From NCBI GenBank assembly GCA_026710545.1, contig JAPOQU010000055.1:41312-105311 (forward strand): a stretch of 64,000 nucleotides of DNA. Reading direction: 5' to 3'. Every line of letters begins with the position of its first letter. Positions within the stretch are counted from its first letter, which is position 1. This document shows positions 27,382 through 35,872 of the stretch, piece after piece. Both the position numbers and the translations under genes were made by a program. The notes under the pieces were generated by a model. That model searched no databases. It was not told where the DNA came from and was given only the letters and a program-made list of their open reading frames with translations. This stretch comes from Gammaproteobacteria bacterium. Lineage in GTDB: Bacteria; Pseudomonadota; Gammaproteobacteria; Eutrophobiales; Eutrophobiaceae.

Positions 27382-28189
27382 CCCGGAATCGGATCAACTG
27401 CAGGGTAGCGCCACGCAGGAGGAAATGCCTTTTGCCGTCGTGCAGGGTGTGCCCTTAAGCGAGATCCCCAAGGACCTGTACATCCCGCCGGATGCCCTGG
27501 AAGTATTCCTGGAGGCCTTCGCAGGCCCGCTTGACCTGTTGCTGTACCTGATCAAGCGCCAGAACCTGGACATTCTCGACATTCCCATCGCCAGGGTCAC
27601 GGAACAATATATGACTTATATTGAACTGATGGAGGAACTGCACCTGGAACTGGCGGGAGAATACCTGGTCATGGCGGCCATGCTGGCCGAGATAAAATCG
27701 AGGATGCTGCTGCCGCGCCCCGAAGCGGATGAGGAGGAGGACGACCCGCGGGCCGAGCTGGTGCGCCGTTTGCAGGAATACGAGATATTCAAACAGGCCG
27801 CGCAGGATATCGACGAATTACCGCGCATCGGCCGTGACTGCTATGCCGCCATCATCGATTTTCCGGACAAGAGCATTCGCAGCCAGCCTCCCGAGGTGTC
27901 GCTTGATGCGATCATGCAGACCTTTGCCGAGGTACTGCGGCGCGCAGAAGTATTTTCCCACCACCATATCCAGCGGGAACCGTTATCCGTCAGGGAACGC
28001 ATGGTGACGATACTGGACAGGGTCAGTGCGGACGAATTTACCGACTTCAAGGATTTGTTTGTCGTGGAGGAGGGCAGGGCCGGCGTCATCGTCGTTTTGC
28101 TGGCGCTGCTCGAACTTGCCAAGGAAGCGCTGGTTGAACTGGTGCAGAATGAAACCAACGGCCCCATCTATATCAAGGGAGTTTCATGA
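27374..28189 (+). CDS. scpA: segregation and condensation protein A
   Basis: 271 aa; ScpA N-terminal helix LEVFLEAFAGPLDLLLYLIKRQNLDILDIPIA and a C-terminal winged helix. Followed by scpB. Confidence 0.85.
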   Translation: MADPESDQLQGSATQEEMPFAVVQGVPLSEIPKDLYIPPDALEVFLEAFAGPLDLLLYLIKRQNLDILDIPIARVTEQYMTYIELMEELHLELAGEYLVMAAMLAEIKSRMLLPRPEADEEEDDPRAELVRRLQEYEIFKQAAQDIDELPRIGRDCYAAIIDFPDKSIRSQPPEVSLDAIMQTFAEVLRRAEVFSHHHIQREPLSVRERMVTILDRVSADEFTDFKDLFVVEEGRAGVIVVLLALLELAKEALVELVQNETNGPIYIKGVS

Positions 28190-28869
28190 ACCACGCTGAA
28201 CTGAAAAAGATCGTGGAAGCAGCGCTGCTTGCCCTGGACGGCCCCCTGAGCTTGACTGAACTGTTGTCCATGTTTGAGGATGAGCCGGACAAACCCAACC
28301 GCCAGGCAATCAGGAAAGCGCTGCATGAATTGCAGGAAGACTACGCCGAGCGCGGCGTGGAACTGAAAGAGGTTGCCAGCGGTTTCCGTTTCCAGGTGCG
28401 TTCGGAACTGGCCGACTGGGTTAACCGGCTGTACGAGGAGAGGCCGCAGCGTTATTCCCAGGCGCTGCTGGAGACGCTGGCCATTATTGCCTACCGGCAA
28501 CCGGTGACCCGGGGAGAAATTGAAGATATCCGCGGCGTCAGCCTCAGTACGAGTATTGTCCGCACCCTGTTCGAACGTGAATGGATCAAGGTGGTGGGTC
28601 ACCGGGACGTTCCCGGTCATCCGGAGCTGTTGGCAACGACGAGCCGGTTTCTTGATTATTTCAACCTGAAGGAACTGGCGGAACTGCCGTTACTGGGAGA
28701 GTTGAAGGATCTTGATCAAATCGAACCCGACCTGTTTCAGAACATGGACCAGGTCCAGGATGGAGAAATACAGCCTGCCCCTGAGACTGCGGATGGGGAG
28801 GGATCTGCGGATGGCGTCTTCGAAGAGGACAACGTTATTCCTTTCACCAGCCCGGCCGCGGCTGACTGA
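28186..28869 (+). CDS. scpB: segregation and condensation protein B
   Basis: 227 aa with tandem winged-helix domains (EAALLALDGPLSL, TRGEIEDIRGV). Confidence 0.85.
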   Translation: MNHAELKKIVEAALLALDGPLSLTELLSMFEDEPDKPNRQAIRKALHELQEDYAERGVELKEVASGFRFQVRSELADWVNRLYEERPQRYSQALLETLAIIAYRQPVTRGEIEDIRGVSLSTSIVRTLFEREWIKVVGHRDVPGHPELLATTSRFLDYFNLKELAELPLLGELKDLDQIEPDLFQNMDQVQDGEIQPAPETADGEGSADGVFEEDNVIPFTSPAAAD

Positions 28870-28889
28870 ACCAGACTACCATAACGGCG

Positions 28890-29627
28890 GTGCCTGAGCG
28901 GATTCAGAAAGTCCTGGCGGCCCTGGGCGTGGGCTCGCGCCGCCATATCGACGGCCTGATCAAGGCGGGCCGCATACGCGTCAATGGCAGCGTGGCGCAA
29001 CCGGGAGACAGGCTCAGTGACAACGACCGGGTAACAATCGACCGGCGCAGGATCGGGTTACGCCCGCTGCAAGAGGGCACAGCCGGATCACGGCCGAAAG
29101 TACTGGCCTACTACAAGCCTGAAGGTGAAATCTGCTCCACCAAAGACCCACAGGGCCGCCGTACGGTTTTTGCAGGCCTGCCGAAACTGCGCCGGGGGCG
29201 CTGGATCAGTATCGGCCGTCTCGATATCAACTCCAGCGGCCTGCTGCTGTTCACCGACAATGGCGCCCTGGCGAATAACCTGATGCACCCGCGTAACCAG
29301 GTGGAACGGGAGTATGCCGTGCGCGTATCGGGCCGGGCCCGCCAGGAACAGCTCAATGCCTTGCTGAAAGGCGTCCGGCTTGAGGATGGCATAGCCCGCT
29401 TTGCCAGTATCAAGGATGGCGGAGGCAAGGGCAGGAATCACTGGTATCACGTAGTCATCATGGAAGGCCGGAACCGGGAAGTCCGGCGCCTTTGGGAATC
29501 CCAGGGCCTGTCGGCCAGCCGCCTGATCCGGATTCGGTACGGCTCTTGCAGCCTGCCCCGCAACAAGCGCCCGGGTCAGTTCTGGGAGTTGAAGCAGGAG
29601 GAGGTGGATGCTCTTCTCTCATCGTAG
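28890..29627 (+). CDS. rluB: 23S rRNA pseudouridine synthase, RluB/RsuA family
   Basis: N-terminal S4 domain (RIQKVLAALGVGSRR) followed by the RsuA-family catalytic core (LDINSSGLLLFTDNG; the active-site Asp lies in DINSSG). Confidence 0.8.
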   Translation: MPERIQKVLAALGVGSRRHIDGLIKAGRIRVNGSVAQPGDRLSDNDRVTIDRRRIGLRPLQEGTAGSRPKVLAYYKPEGEICSTKDPQGRRTVFAGLPKLRRGRWISIGRLDINSSGLLLFTDNGALANNLMHPRNQVEREYAVRVSGRARQEQLNALLKGVRLEDGIARFASIKDGGGKGRNHWYHVVIMEGRNREVRRLWESQGLSASRLIRIRYGSCSLPRNKRPGQFWELKQEEVDALLSS

Positions 29628-29696
29628 CTTTGACTTTTGAGCAATTTCCGTTAATCTTGGCATCCCTTTTTTTATCAAGCCGGTAAACCATCCGTT

Positions 29697-30452
29697 ATGA
29701 GTAACAGACAACCCCTGGTGGCAGCCAACTGGAAGATGAACGGCAGCCGTGAGTCCGTAGCGGCGTTGCTGGACGGGTTCAGGCAGGGACTGCCGGCAGA
29801 CGGTGTGGACGTCCTGGTCTGCGCGCCGTCCATCTACATCCCCCTGGCGGCGGATGAACTGGCCGGCAGCAACATCGGACTGGGCGCGCAAACGGTATCG
29901 GAATACGCCAACGGCGCCTACACCGGTGAGATATCGGCGGACATGCTGAAAGATTACGGTTGCCGGTATGTTATTATTGGCCACTCGGAGCGGCGCCATA
30001 TCTTTGCCGAAACCAACGAGACGGTGGCAAACAAGTTTTGCCACGCCAGGGAGCAGGGGCTGGAGGTAATACTGTGCCTGGGCGAACGGCTCGAGGAAAG
30101 GGAGGCGGGCATGACGGAGCAGGTATTGTCCGAACAACTGGAAGCAGTCATTGCCAGGGCCGGCATAGCTGCCTTTGACGGCGCAGTGATCGCGTATGAG
30201 CCGGTATGGGCAATCGGGACCGGGCTTACCGCAACGCCGGAACAGGCCCAGGCAGCACACAGTTTTATCAGGCTGCAGGTGGCCAGGCACGATGACCGGA
30301 TTGCCGACGAGTTGCGTATCCTCTACGGAGGCAGCGTAAAAGCGGACAATGCCGCGGGACTGTTTGCCATGGCGGACGTCGATGGCGGACTGATAGGCGG
30401 CGCATCTTTAAAAGTTGATGATTTCCTGGCAATCTGCCGGGCAGCGGGGTAG
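29697..30452 (+). CDS. tpiA: triose-phosphate isomerase
   Basis: 251 aa; PLVAANWKMNGS, IGHSERR and catalytic AYEPVWAIGTG. Confidence 0.9.
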   Translation: MSNRQPLVAANWKMNGSRESVAALLDGFRQGLPADGVDVLVCAPSIYIPLAADELAGSNIGLGAQTVSEYANGAYTGEISADMLKDYGCRYVIIGHSERRHIFAETNETVANKFCHAREQGLEVILCLGERLEEREAGMTEQVLSEQLEAVIARAGIAAFDGAVIAYEPVWAIGTGLTATPEQAQAAHSFIRLQVARHDDRIADELRILYGGSVKADNAAGLFAMADVDGGLIGGASLKVDDFLAICRAAG

Positions 30453-30454
30453 AT

Positions 30455-30826
30455 ATGGAGACATTACAGGCTCTATTACTGGTAGTGCAGGTGATCTGCG
30501 CTTTCGCATTGATCTGTTTCATCCTGGTCCAGCGCGGTAAGGGCGCGGATGCCGGTGTGGCGTTCGGCAGCGGCGCGTCCGCCACCGTCTTCGGCGCGTC
30601 AGGCTCCAGTAACTTCCTTACCAAGACAACTACAGCGCTGGCCTTTGTGTTCCTGCTCAACAGCCTGGCCCTGGCCTGGATGGCCAAGGAGCGCAGCATG
30701 GAGGCAAGGGAGTTGAATATCGTCGTGCCGGAAGCAATGGAGCAACCTGTTGAGGATATCGAAGTTATCCTGGACGAAGTTCCGCAGGATGTTCCTGATT
30801 CGGATATCCCGTCTATACCCGAATAA
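30455..30826 (+). CDS. secG: preprotein translocase subunit SecG
   Basis: 123 aa. Two TM helices with the Gly-rich loop LVQRGKGADAGVAFGSGASATVFGASGS. The tpiA-secG-tRNA-Leu arrangement is standard. Confidence 0.85.
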   Translation: METLQALLLVVQVICAFALICFILVQRGKGADAGVAFGSGASATVFGASGSSNFLTKTTTALAFVFLLNSLALAWMAKERSMEARELNIVVPEAMEQPVEDIEVILDEVPQDVPDSDIPSIPE

Positions 30827-30848
30827 GAAAGTTGTAATTCCTGACTGT

Positions 30849-30934
30849 GCCGATGTGGTGGAATTGGTAGACACGCTGTCTTGAGGGGGCAGTGCCCAAA
30901 AGGCGTGCCGGTTCGACTCCGGCCATCGGCACCA
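30849..30934 (+). tRNA. tRNA-Leu (anticodon GAG), 86 nt with long variable arm and encoded CCA
   Basis: Acceptor stem GCCGATG/CATCGGC, D-arm GTGGAATTGGTAGAC, anticodon stem CTGTC/GGCAG with loop TTGAGGG, T-arm GGTTCGACTCC, 3' ACCA. Confidence 0.85.
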
Positions 30935-30938
30935 TTTC
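30912..30938. repeat. att core: 3' end of tRNA-Leu (ttcgactccggccatcggcaccatttc)
   Basis: Identical 27-mer recurs at 33636-33662; a degenerate copy lies at 34713-34732. Confidence 0.85.
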
Positions 30939-31096
30939 ATATTATTTTTATCTAAGACGAATTTTGATAACCTTCAGGATGTAGTGACGATCTCCTAGCC
31001 GTTATTTATCTTTAGCTAAATACCGGCATTCTCACCTGAATTATATTTTTTATGCTATTATTGCCAATATCAGGCCATAGCGGAGAAATATATATC

Positions 31097-31915
31097 ATGG
31101 TGTCACTAGCAGGGATTGGAAAATCCTATCGTAATAAACTCAGTATGGTTTTAGAGCATAATTTTGCCGTAATTACTGTGGATCGGGTTGCAGAGACACT
31201 GAATGTGCATCATCAAGAAGCTGGCAGGCTACTGTCTCGTTGGTGTAAAAACGGTTGGTTAAAAAGACTGACTCGAGGTGCATACGTGCCAGTGCCATTA
31301 GAGGCGACTAGCAGTGAAGTAGTTGCAGAGGAACCCTTATTGATCGTCGATGCGTTGTATGCGCCTGGTTATATAGCGGGTTATAGCGCTATAAAACATT
31401 GGGATTTTTCTGAACAAATTTTTGAAACAACGACCTACTTTACTACGCGTAAGATTAAAAATAGATATCCATCCCACGGTGGTGTGAAGTACCAATTAAA
31501 AACTATTAAAGCTTATAAATTATTCGGTTTAAAACCACTTTGGTTTGGATCCAAAAAAGTCATGATTAGCGATCCAACAAAAACCCTGGTTGATATTCTG
31601 GATGATCCCAAGATTGTAGGCGGGATATCCATCGTCAGTGATGTGCTGGCAGAATACATGGAGTCAACGCATTATGAACCAGATGCAATAATCACATATG
31701 CAAGGAGAATGAATAATAAAACTATTTTCAAACGATTAGGTTTCTTACTTGAAACCAGATTTTCGCTTGACAAAGAATTATCAGAAGAATTACTGACAAA
31801 CGTCTCTGAAAGCTACTCCCATCTTGATCCCACTATCCAGTCACATCACAGTATTGCAAAATGGCGGTTAAAAATATCAGCGTCATGGAAAGACGAATAT
31901 GATAGAAAAAAATGA
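31097..31915 (+). CDS. AbiEi-family antitoxin/transcriptional regulator (type IV TA)
   Basis: Winged-helix N-terminus with the RWCKNGWLKRLTRGAYVPVP signature of AbiEi (NTD wHTH) plus the C-terminal AbiEi domain. Followed by an AbiEii toxin gene with a 17-bp overlap. Confidence 0.7.
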   Translation: MVSLAGIGKSYRNKLSMVLEHNFAVITVDRVAETLNVHHQEAGRLLSRWCKNGWLKRLTRGAYVPVPLEATSSEVVAEEPLLIVDALYAPGYIAGYSAIKHWDFSEQIFETTTYFTTRKIKNRYPSHGGVKYQLKTIKAYKLFGLKPLWFGSKKVMISDPTKTLVDILDDPKIVGGISIVSDVLAEYMESTHYEPDAIITYARRMNNKTIFKRLGFLLETRFSLDKELSEELLTNVSESYSHLDPTIQSHHSIAKWRLKISASWKDEYDRKK

Positions 31916-33278
31916 AGTCCTGAGACTAGCAACCGCACTGAGTCTACGCCCGGACACAGTGGAGAAAGATTATGTCCTGGGTTGGTTTTTATACGGGATT
32001 TACCATCATGGAAAAATATCGTCATGGGTGTTTAAAGGTGGAACAAGCCTGAAAAAGTGTTTTTTTGAAACCTATCGGTTTTCAGAAGATTTAGATTTTA
32101 CTGTCACAGATCCGAGTCAATTAACGCAAGAGTTTTTACAATCAGCGTTCGATGAAATTACTAAGTTTCTCTATGATGATGAAGTTGGAATAGAATTTTT
32201 TCCGGACAGATTCAATTTCAAGATTATTCCAAAAGATAACGGTCAAGTATCTGCACAGGCGAAAATTCACTATAACGGCCCGTTGCGAAGAACACAGGGA
32301 GTTGCATCGATAAAGTTGGATTTAACTACCGATGAAATATTAGTACTAAGTCCAGTGCGTAAAAGCGTACATCATCCCTATACCGATAAACCTGATGATG
32401 GTATTCACGTTAATTGTTATGCTTTTGAAGAGGTGGTTGCAGAAAAGATACGCGCCCTCAGCGAACGTGCACGACCGCGTGATTTATATGATGTAGTCCA
32501 CTTTTTCCGTAACCGAAACCTGATTCAAGAGCCAAAGTTAGTTTATAAAGTGCTGCAAAAAAAATGTGACTATAAAGCCATTGAAGTCCCAACATTTCAG
32601 CATATCGAGGCACACGAAAAAATTGACGAGTTAGAAACTCAATGGGAAAACATGTTGGCTCATCAATTAGCTCATTTGCCGCCGATGCAGGCTTTCTGGG
32701 ATGACTTGCCACTATTTTTTGAATGGTTAACAAACCAGTTAAATGTATCGCCAGCCATAAGCAATTATGCCAGAGTTGGTGAAACATTATTTCAGCCAGG
32801 GCGTGTAACTAGTGCCTTTACCGTTAACAAAATTTTGCATAATATCCAGTTTGCTTCAGCCAATCGTTTATGTGTATATGTGCAATATAATAATAAGAAT
32901 CGCACTATTGAACCCTTATCATTTCGTACATCCAGTGCTGGGAACCGTCTGTTTTATGGGTATGAACGAGAAGCAGGTCACGTCAAAGCTTATACCTTGT
33001 CAAAGATACAATCAGTTGATATTACAGAACAGCCGTATACTGAAAGATATCCGGTCGAAATCAGCTCAACCGGTATAATCTCAATGCCGCCGATTAGAAG
33101 AGCGCTTCAAACGAGTCAACACAGTCGTTCAATTGGTGAGTTAAAGTACCGTTACCAATGTTCGCACTGCGGTAAAATATTCTCTCGTATAAAACAAAAT
33201 AATAAACTCAGGCCACACAAGACCAAAACAGGCTGGTCCTGTACTGGGCGATATGGCGTTTATTTGGGATATAGATAA
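31899..33278 (+). CDS. AbiEii/AbiGii-family nucleotidyltransferase toxin with ~150-aa C-terminal extension
   Basis: DUF1814-type N-terminus EKDYVLGWFLYGI...VFKGGTSLKKCF...RFSEDLDFTV. At 459 aa it is far longer than the ~300 aa I recall for typical AbiEii. The extension is Cys/His-containing (YQCSHCGKIF...RPHKTKTGWSCTG). Confidence 0.75.
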   Translation: MIEKNEVLRLATALSLRPDTVEKDYVLGWFLYGIYHHGKISSWVFKGGTSLKKCFFETYRFSEDLDFTVTDPSQLTQEFLQSAFDEITKFLYDDEVGIEFFPDRFNFKIIPKDNGQVSAQAKIHYNGPLRRTQGVASIKLDLTTDEILVLSPVRKSVHHPYTDKPDDGIHVNCYAFEEVVAEKIRALSERARPRDLYDVVHFFRNRNLIQEPKLVYKVLQKKCDYKAIEVPTFQHIEAHEKIDELETQWENMLAHQLAHLPPMQAFWDDLPLFFEWLTNQLNVSPAISNYARVGETLFQPGRVTSAFTVNKILHNIQFASANRLCVYVQYNNKNRTIEPLSFRTSSAGNRLFYGYEREAGHVKAYTLSKIQSVDITEQPYTERYPVEISSTGIISMPPIRRALQTSQHSRSIGELKYRYQCSHCGKIFSRIKQNNKLRPHKTKTGWSCTGRYGVYLGYR

Positions 33279-33635
33279 TTAAGCTATTTTATATTTATCT
33301 TCTCTTTAAACGTGGTTCTAGAAAATAATGGGCTCATATATTCTTCTCAATAAAATAGTAGGGGGACTAATGATGTCTGTAAATCCTAGTGATCCTAAAT
33401 GGCTAGAAATACTTAAGGGTGGCAAACGGCCGCATTAGCACTTGCGTGCGTACTTATTGTCGTGCTAATAAACAAAGACGTTATACCAACTACAAGCAGT
33501 CCATTATGGATAACGGTACCTTCTATTGTTGCTGTAATTTGTGGTTGCCTATCTTTGGCCGCAATTGGAAAGGCTCTTGCCAAAACTTTCAAACCAGTAA
33601 TGAAGATTAATCAATGGCTTCTGGAACATTATAGC

Positions 33636-33662
33636 TTCGACTCCGGCCATCGGCACCATTTC
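33636..33662. repeat. att repeat copy 2 (perfect 27-bp copy of tRNA-Leu 3' end)
   Basis: Seen directly. Confidence 0.85.
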
Positions 33663-33691
33663 CGGGTTTTAACGGTTTATTATGGCCGAAT

Positions 33692-34030
33692 ATGGCTGGA
33701 TTTATGGCTGAAACAATCATGCTGAATTTCGACGATTATGCGGCTGCTATTGACGAATCGAAAACGGCGCGGATGGAACAGCGCACCAAACCGCATGTCA
33801 AGGCGCAAATACAACGAGCGGCGGCCCTGCTCGGTATCGATGAGACAACTTTCGTGACAAGCGTAGCGCTTGAGCGCGCCCAGGCAACGATTGCCGACCA
33901 CGAACGTACGATCCTGTCTGCCGCAGACCGTGACATGGTTCTGGCCGCCTTGGAAACGCCGGCGCCGCCGACCGACGCACTGCGGGAGGTCATGGCGATG
34001 CACGATGCCCGAGTGGCGCCGGGTGACTGA
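33692..34030 (+). CDS. DUF1778-family antitoxin (TacA-like, RHH)
   Basis: QRAAALLGIDETTFVTSVALERAQATIADHERTILSAADRDMVLAALETPAPPTDALREVMA matches the DUF1778 pattern (...RAA...G.S...FV...A...A..V...). Overlaps the downstream GNAT gene. Confidence 0.75.
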   Translation: MAGFMAETIMLNFDDYAAAIDESKTARMEQRTKPHVKAQIQRAAALLGIDETTFVTSVALERAQATIADHERTILSAADRDMVLAALETPAPPTDALREVMAMHDARVAPGD

Positions 34031-34595
34031 AGCCGGGCTGAACCCACGGCGGATATCCATCACACCGCTTGACCCGGAGAAACACGACAGGGCGTCTTTC
34101 TCATGCGGGACCTCCCGGCTCGACAACTTTCTCAAACGCAGCGCCAGGAAACACCAGTCGGGGGACTTTACACGGGTGTGGGTTGCTACTGAAGGTGGGC
34201 GAGATGAAATTCTGGGTTATTACGCACTGAACGCGCACTCGCTGGAAGGAGAGGGGATCCCGTCCAACCTGACGAAACACGCTCCCCGGTCCGGAAGTAT
34301 CCCGACAGCCTACCTCTCAATGATCGCCGTGGACCAGCGCCATCAGCGTCACGGCATCGGACGTTTGTTACTTGCTGACGCATTAGGGTGCGTGGTAGGC
34401 GCTGCCAATCAAATCGGACTGAAGGCCGTGGTGCTCGATGTGATTGAGGACGGCGGTCCCGATATCACGGAAAAACGCCCGGCATTTTATCTTGCTATGG
34501 GATTTCAGGCGCTGCCAACGCGCCCATTAAGAATGTTCATCAGCATAGATACGGTGCGCAACTGCTGGACGCAAATATCCCCGGACGACACCTGA
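34005..34595 (+). CDS. GNAT-family N-acetyltransferase toxin (TacT/AtaT/KacT-like)
   Basis: N-terminal HDRASFSCGTSRLDNFLKRSA motif typical of TacT-type toxins. Acetyl-CoA site IAVDQRHQRHGIGRLLLADAL. Start at ATG 34005; the longest ORF runs from 33870 in another frame relative to the antitoxin. Confidence 0.75.
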   Translation: MPEWRRVTEAGLNPRRISITPLDPEKHDRASFSCGTSRLDNFLKRSARKHQSGDFTRVWVATEGGRDEILGYYALNAHSLEGEGIPSNLTKHAPRSGSIPTAYLSMIAVDQRHQRHGIGRLLLADALGCVVGAANQIGLKAVVLDVIEDGGPDITEKRPAFYLAMGFQALPTRPLRMFISIDTVRNCWTQISPDDT

Positions 34596-34712
34596 AACCA
34601 TCGCCGACAGGGATCGTCATGAATACAGCCCCTAAATAATGTAGGAAAAAATGTTGGAATAGACAACATGCTCCACATGATATTTAGATAAAACAATAAG
34701 TTACATTATAGT

Positions 34713-34732
34713 TTCGAATCTGGCCATCGGCA
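34713..34732. repeat. degenerate att copy 3 (ttcgaAtcTggccatcggca)
   Basis: 18/20 identity with the tRNA 3'-end core. Confidence 0.6.
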
Positions 34733-34752
34733 TTCAAATTTTGTTGTCCTAA

Positions 34753-35019
34753 TCAGCTTACTTTTGCCTTGAGCGGAAACCTGCCGGGGTTTTTAATAAT
34801 CTCTTTGGTCAAATCCACGTCAATCGCCGGCCAGTAATAATGATCTGGAGATAACTCCTCTACATTCAGCACTGCCTCAATGGATTGTTTTTTGAACCAG
34901 GGGAAGTCCTCATAGGACATGAAAAATTCCTCATTATGCGCGAACAGCCATATTCCATGTAGGGAAACATGTGTAACCTCAACCGCTGAAGTGTCGCTCC
35001 CAAGCGCTGATGAACTCAT
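34753..35019 (-). CDS. DUF2442-domain protein
   Basis: ~88 aa from ATG 35019 (TTG at 35034 possible). Abuts a DUF4160 ORF; the two families commonly co-occur as a small two-gene cassette. Confidence 0.6.
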   Translation of the reverse strand: MSSSALGSDTSAVEVTHVSLHGIWLFAHNEEFFMSYEDFPWFKKQSIEAVLNVEELSPDHYYWPAIDVDLTKEIIKNPGRFPLKAKVS

Positions 35020-35034
35020 GGTAATATTCCTCAA

Positions 35035-35175
35035 TTAATTTTTCGCAAGTTCAATTTCCGGTTCCAGCCAAAATTTGGCTTCACCTTCCGCTGACAGGAC
35101 ATGTACGTGCTTGCGCTTCTTCTCTTGAAAAAAGAAAAACCGGTATCCATGCGCTCTGAAAATTGTGGGACTCAT
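35035..35175 (-). CDS. DUF4160-domain protein (46 aa; not in the ORF track because <60 aa)
   Basis: Minus-strand translation MSPTIFRAHGYRFFFFQEKKRKHVHVLSAEGEAKFWLEPEIELAKN matches the DUF4160 pattern (M..I.R.YG.RFFFYS.E...PHVHV....GEAKFWL). Confidence 0.55.
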   Translation of the reverse strand: MSPTIFRAHGYRFFFFQEKKRKHVHVLSAEGEAKFWLEPEIELAKN

Positions 35176-35872
35176 GCTTCAATCTGCAGACTGACACCCC
35201 GTCTGAATCTCCTAACCTGATAACAATACAAAATACCCTGGATAAACTGAACAAAAATCCGGAAGAGGCATTGCCCTGTTGCTGGAGTTGGCGGCGATCA
35301 ATAGACCCGTTACGCGCTGTACGGTGCCGGCATTACCGTTGTTTTCAGGAGCAGTTGCCACGTTTCAAGCTCATTCAGAGTGTTTTATGCAAACTCTCTA
35401 CACTGAACGTTCTGATTTTGCAGGATTACGCTATGTCAGTAAATCGTAATGGTAGGTCGGTATGACATAGCCGGGATCTGGATATAAAGTTGAAAAACCA
35501 TGATTTTCATGAACCGGAAGGAGAAGATTTAATCAGCGGCAAAGGAAAGATCCTGGTTACCGGTACCCTGTGAAACCATCATGCCGGAAAATACCGGCGC
35601 CTTCCTCGGCGCTACCCGTATTGGCGCGGAAGCAGGTGAATAATTCGCGCCCCATATGCGGGTTTGCGAGATACCGGGAATATAAAATAATAAATGTGGT
35701 TTAATAATTACAATAGCAATCATATTATACAAATAATAACGTAAAAATAAAGATTTAAATTTACTATAGAATCTTATATAACCAGCAGTATTGCTGCCCG
35801 TTGTAATAACTTGTATAATCAGGCACCGAATTAGCTCGGGGAGAATCGAGCCTGTAAAGGCAGATAGAGGCT

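Larger units (their letters stand above)
30935..33662. mobile_element. tRNA-Leu-associated islet 1 (AbiEi/AbiEii), integrase-less
   Basis: AT-rich DNA bounded by the tRNA 3' end and a perfect 27-bp direct repeat of it. Confidence 0.7.
33663..34732. mobile_element. tRNA-Leu-associated islet 2 (DUF1778/GNAT toxin-antitoxin)
   Basis: Bounded by att copy 2 and degenerate att copy 3. Confidence 0.6.

Noticed and set aside
29629-29691. TGGCAT in the rluB-tpiA spacer (cttggcatccctttttttatc) as a possible second sigma54 promoter
   Set aside because: No TTGC element at the required -12 spacing; only the GG half matches.
33462-33725. 87-aa ORF MLINKDVIPTTSSPLWITVPSIVAVICGCLSL... reported by the ORF track
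   Set aside because: Its 3' third runs across the att repeat copy into islet 2, so the full ORF is probably not a real gene. The hydrophobic N-terminal part is better explained as the frameshifted small membrane ORF described in findings.
30935-35870. Expected tyrosine integrase/excisionase genes for the tRNA-Leu islets
   Set aside because: Searched all six frames of the islets; no integrase-like ORF was found (no R..H..R..Y C-terminal catalytic pattern). The islets appear integrase-less or decayed.
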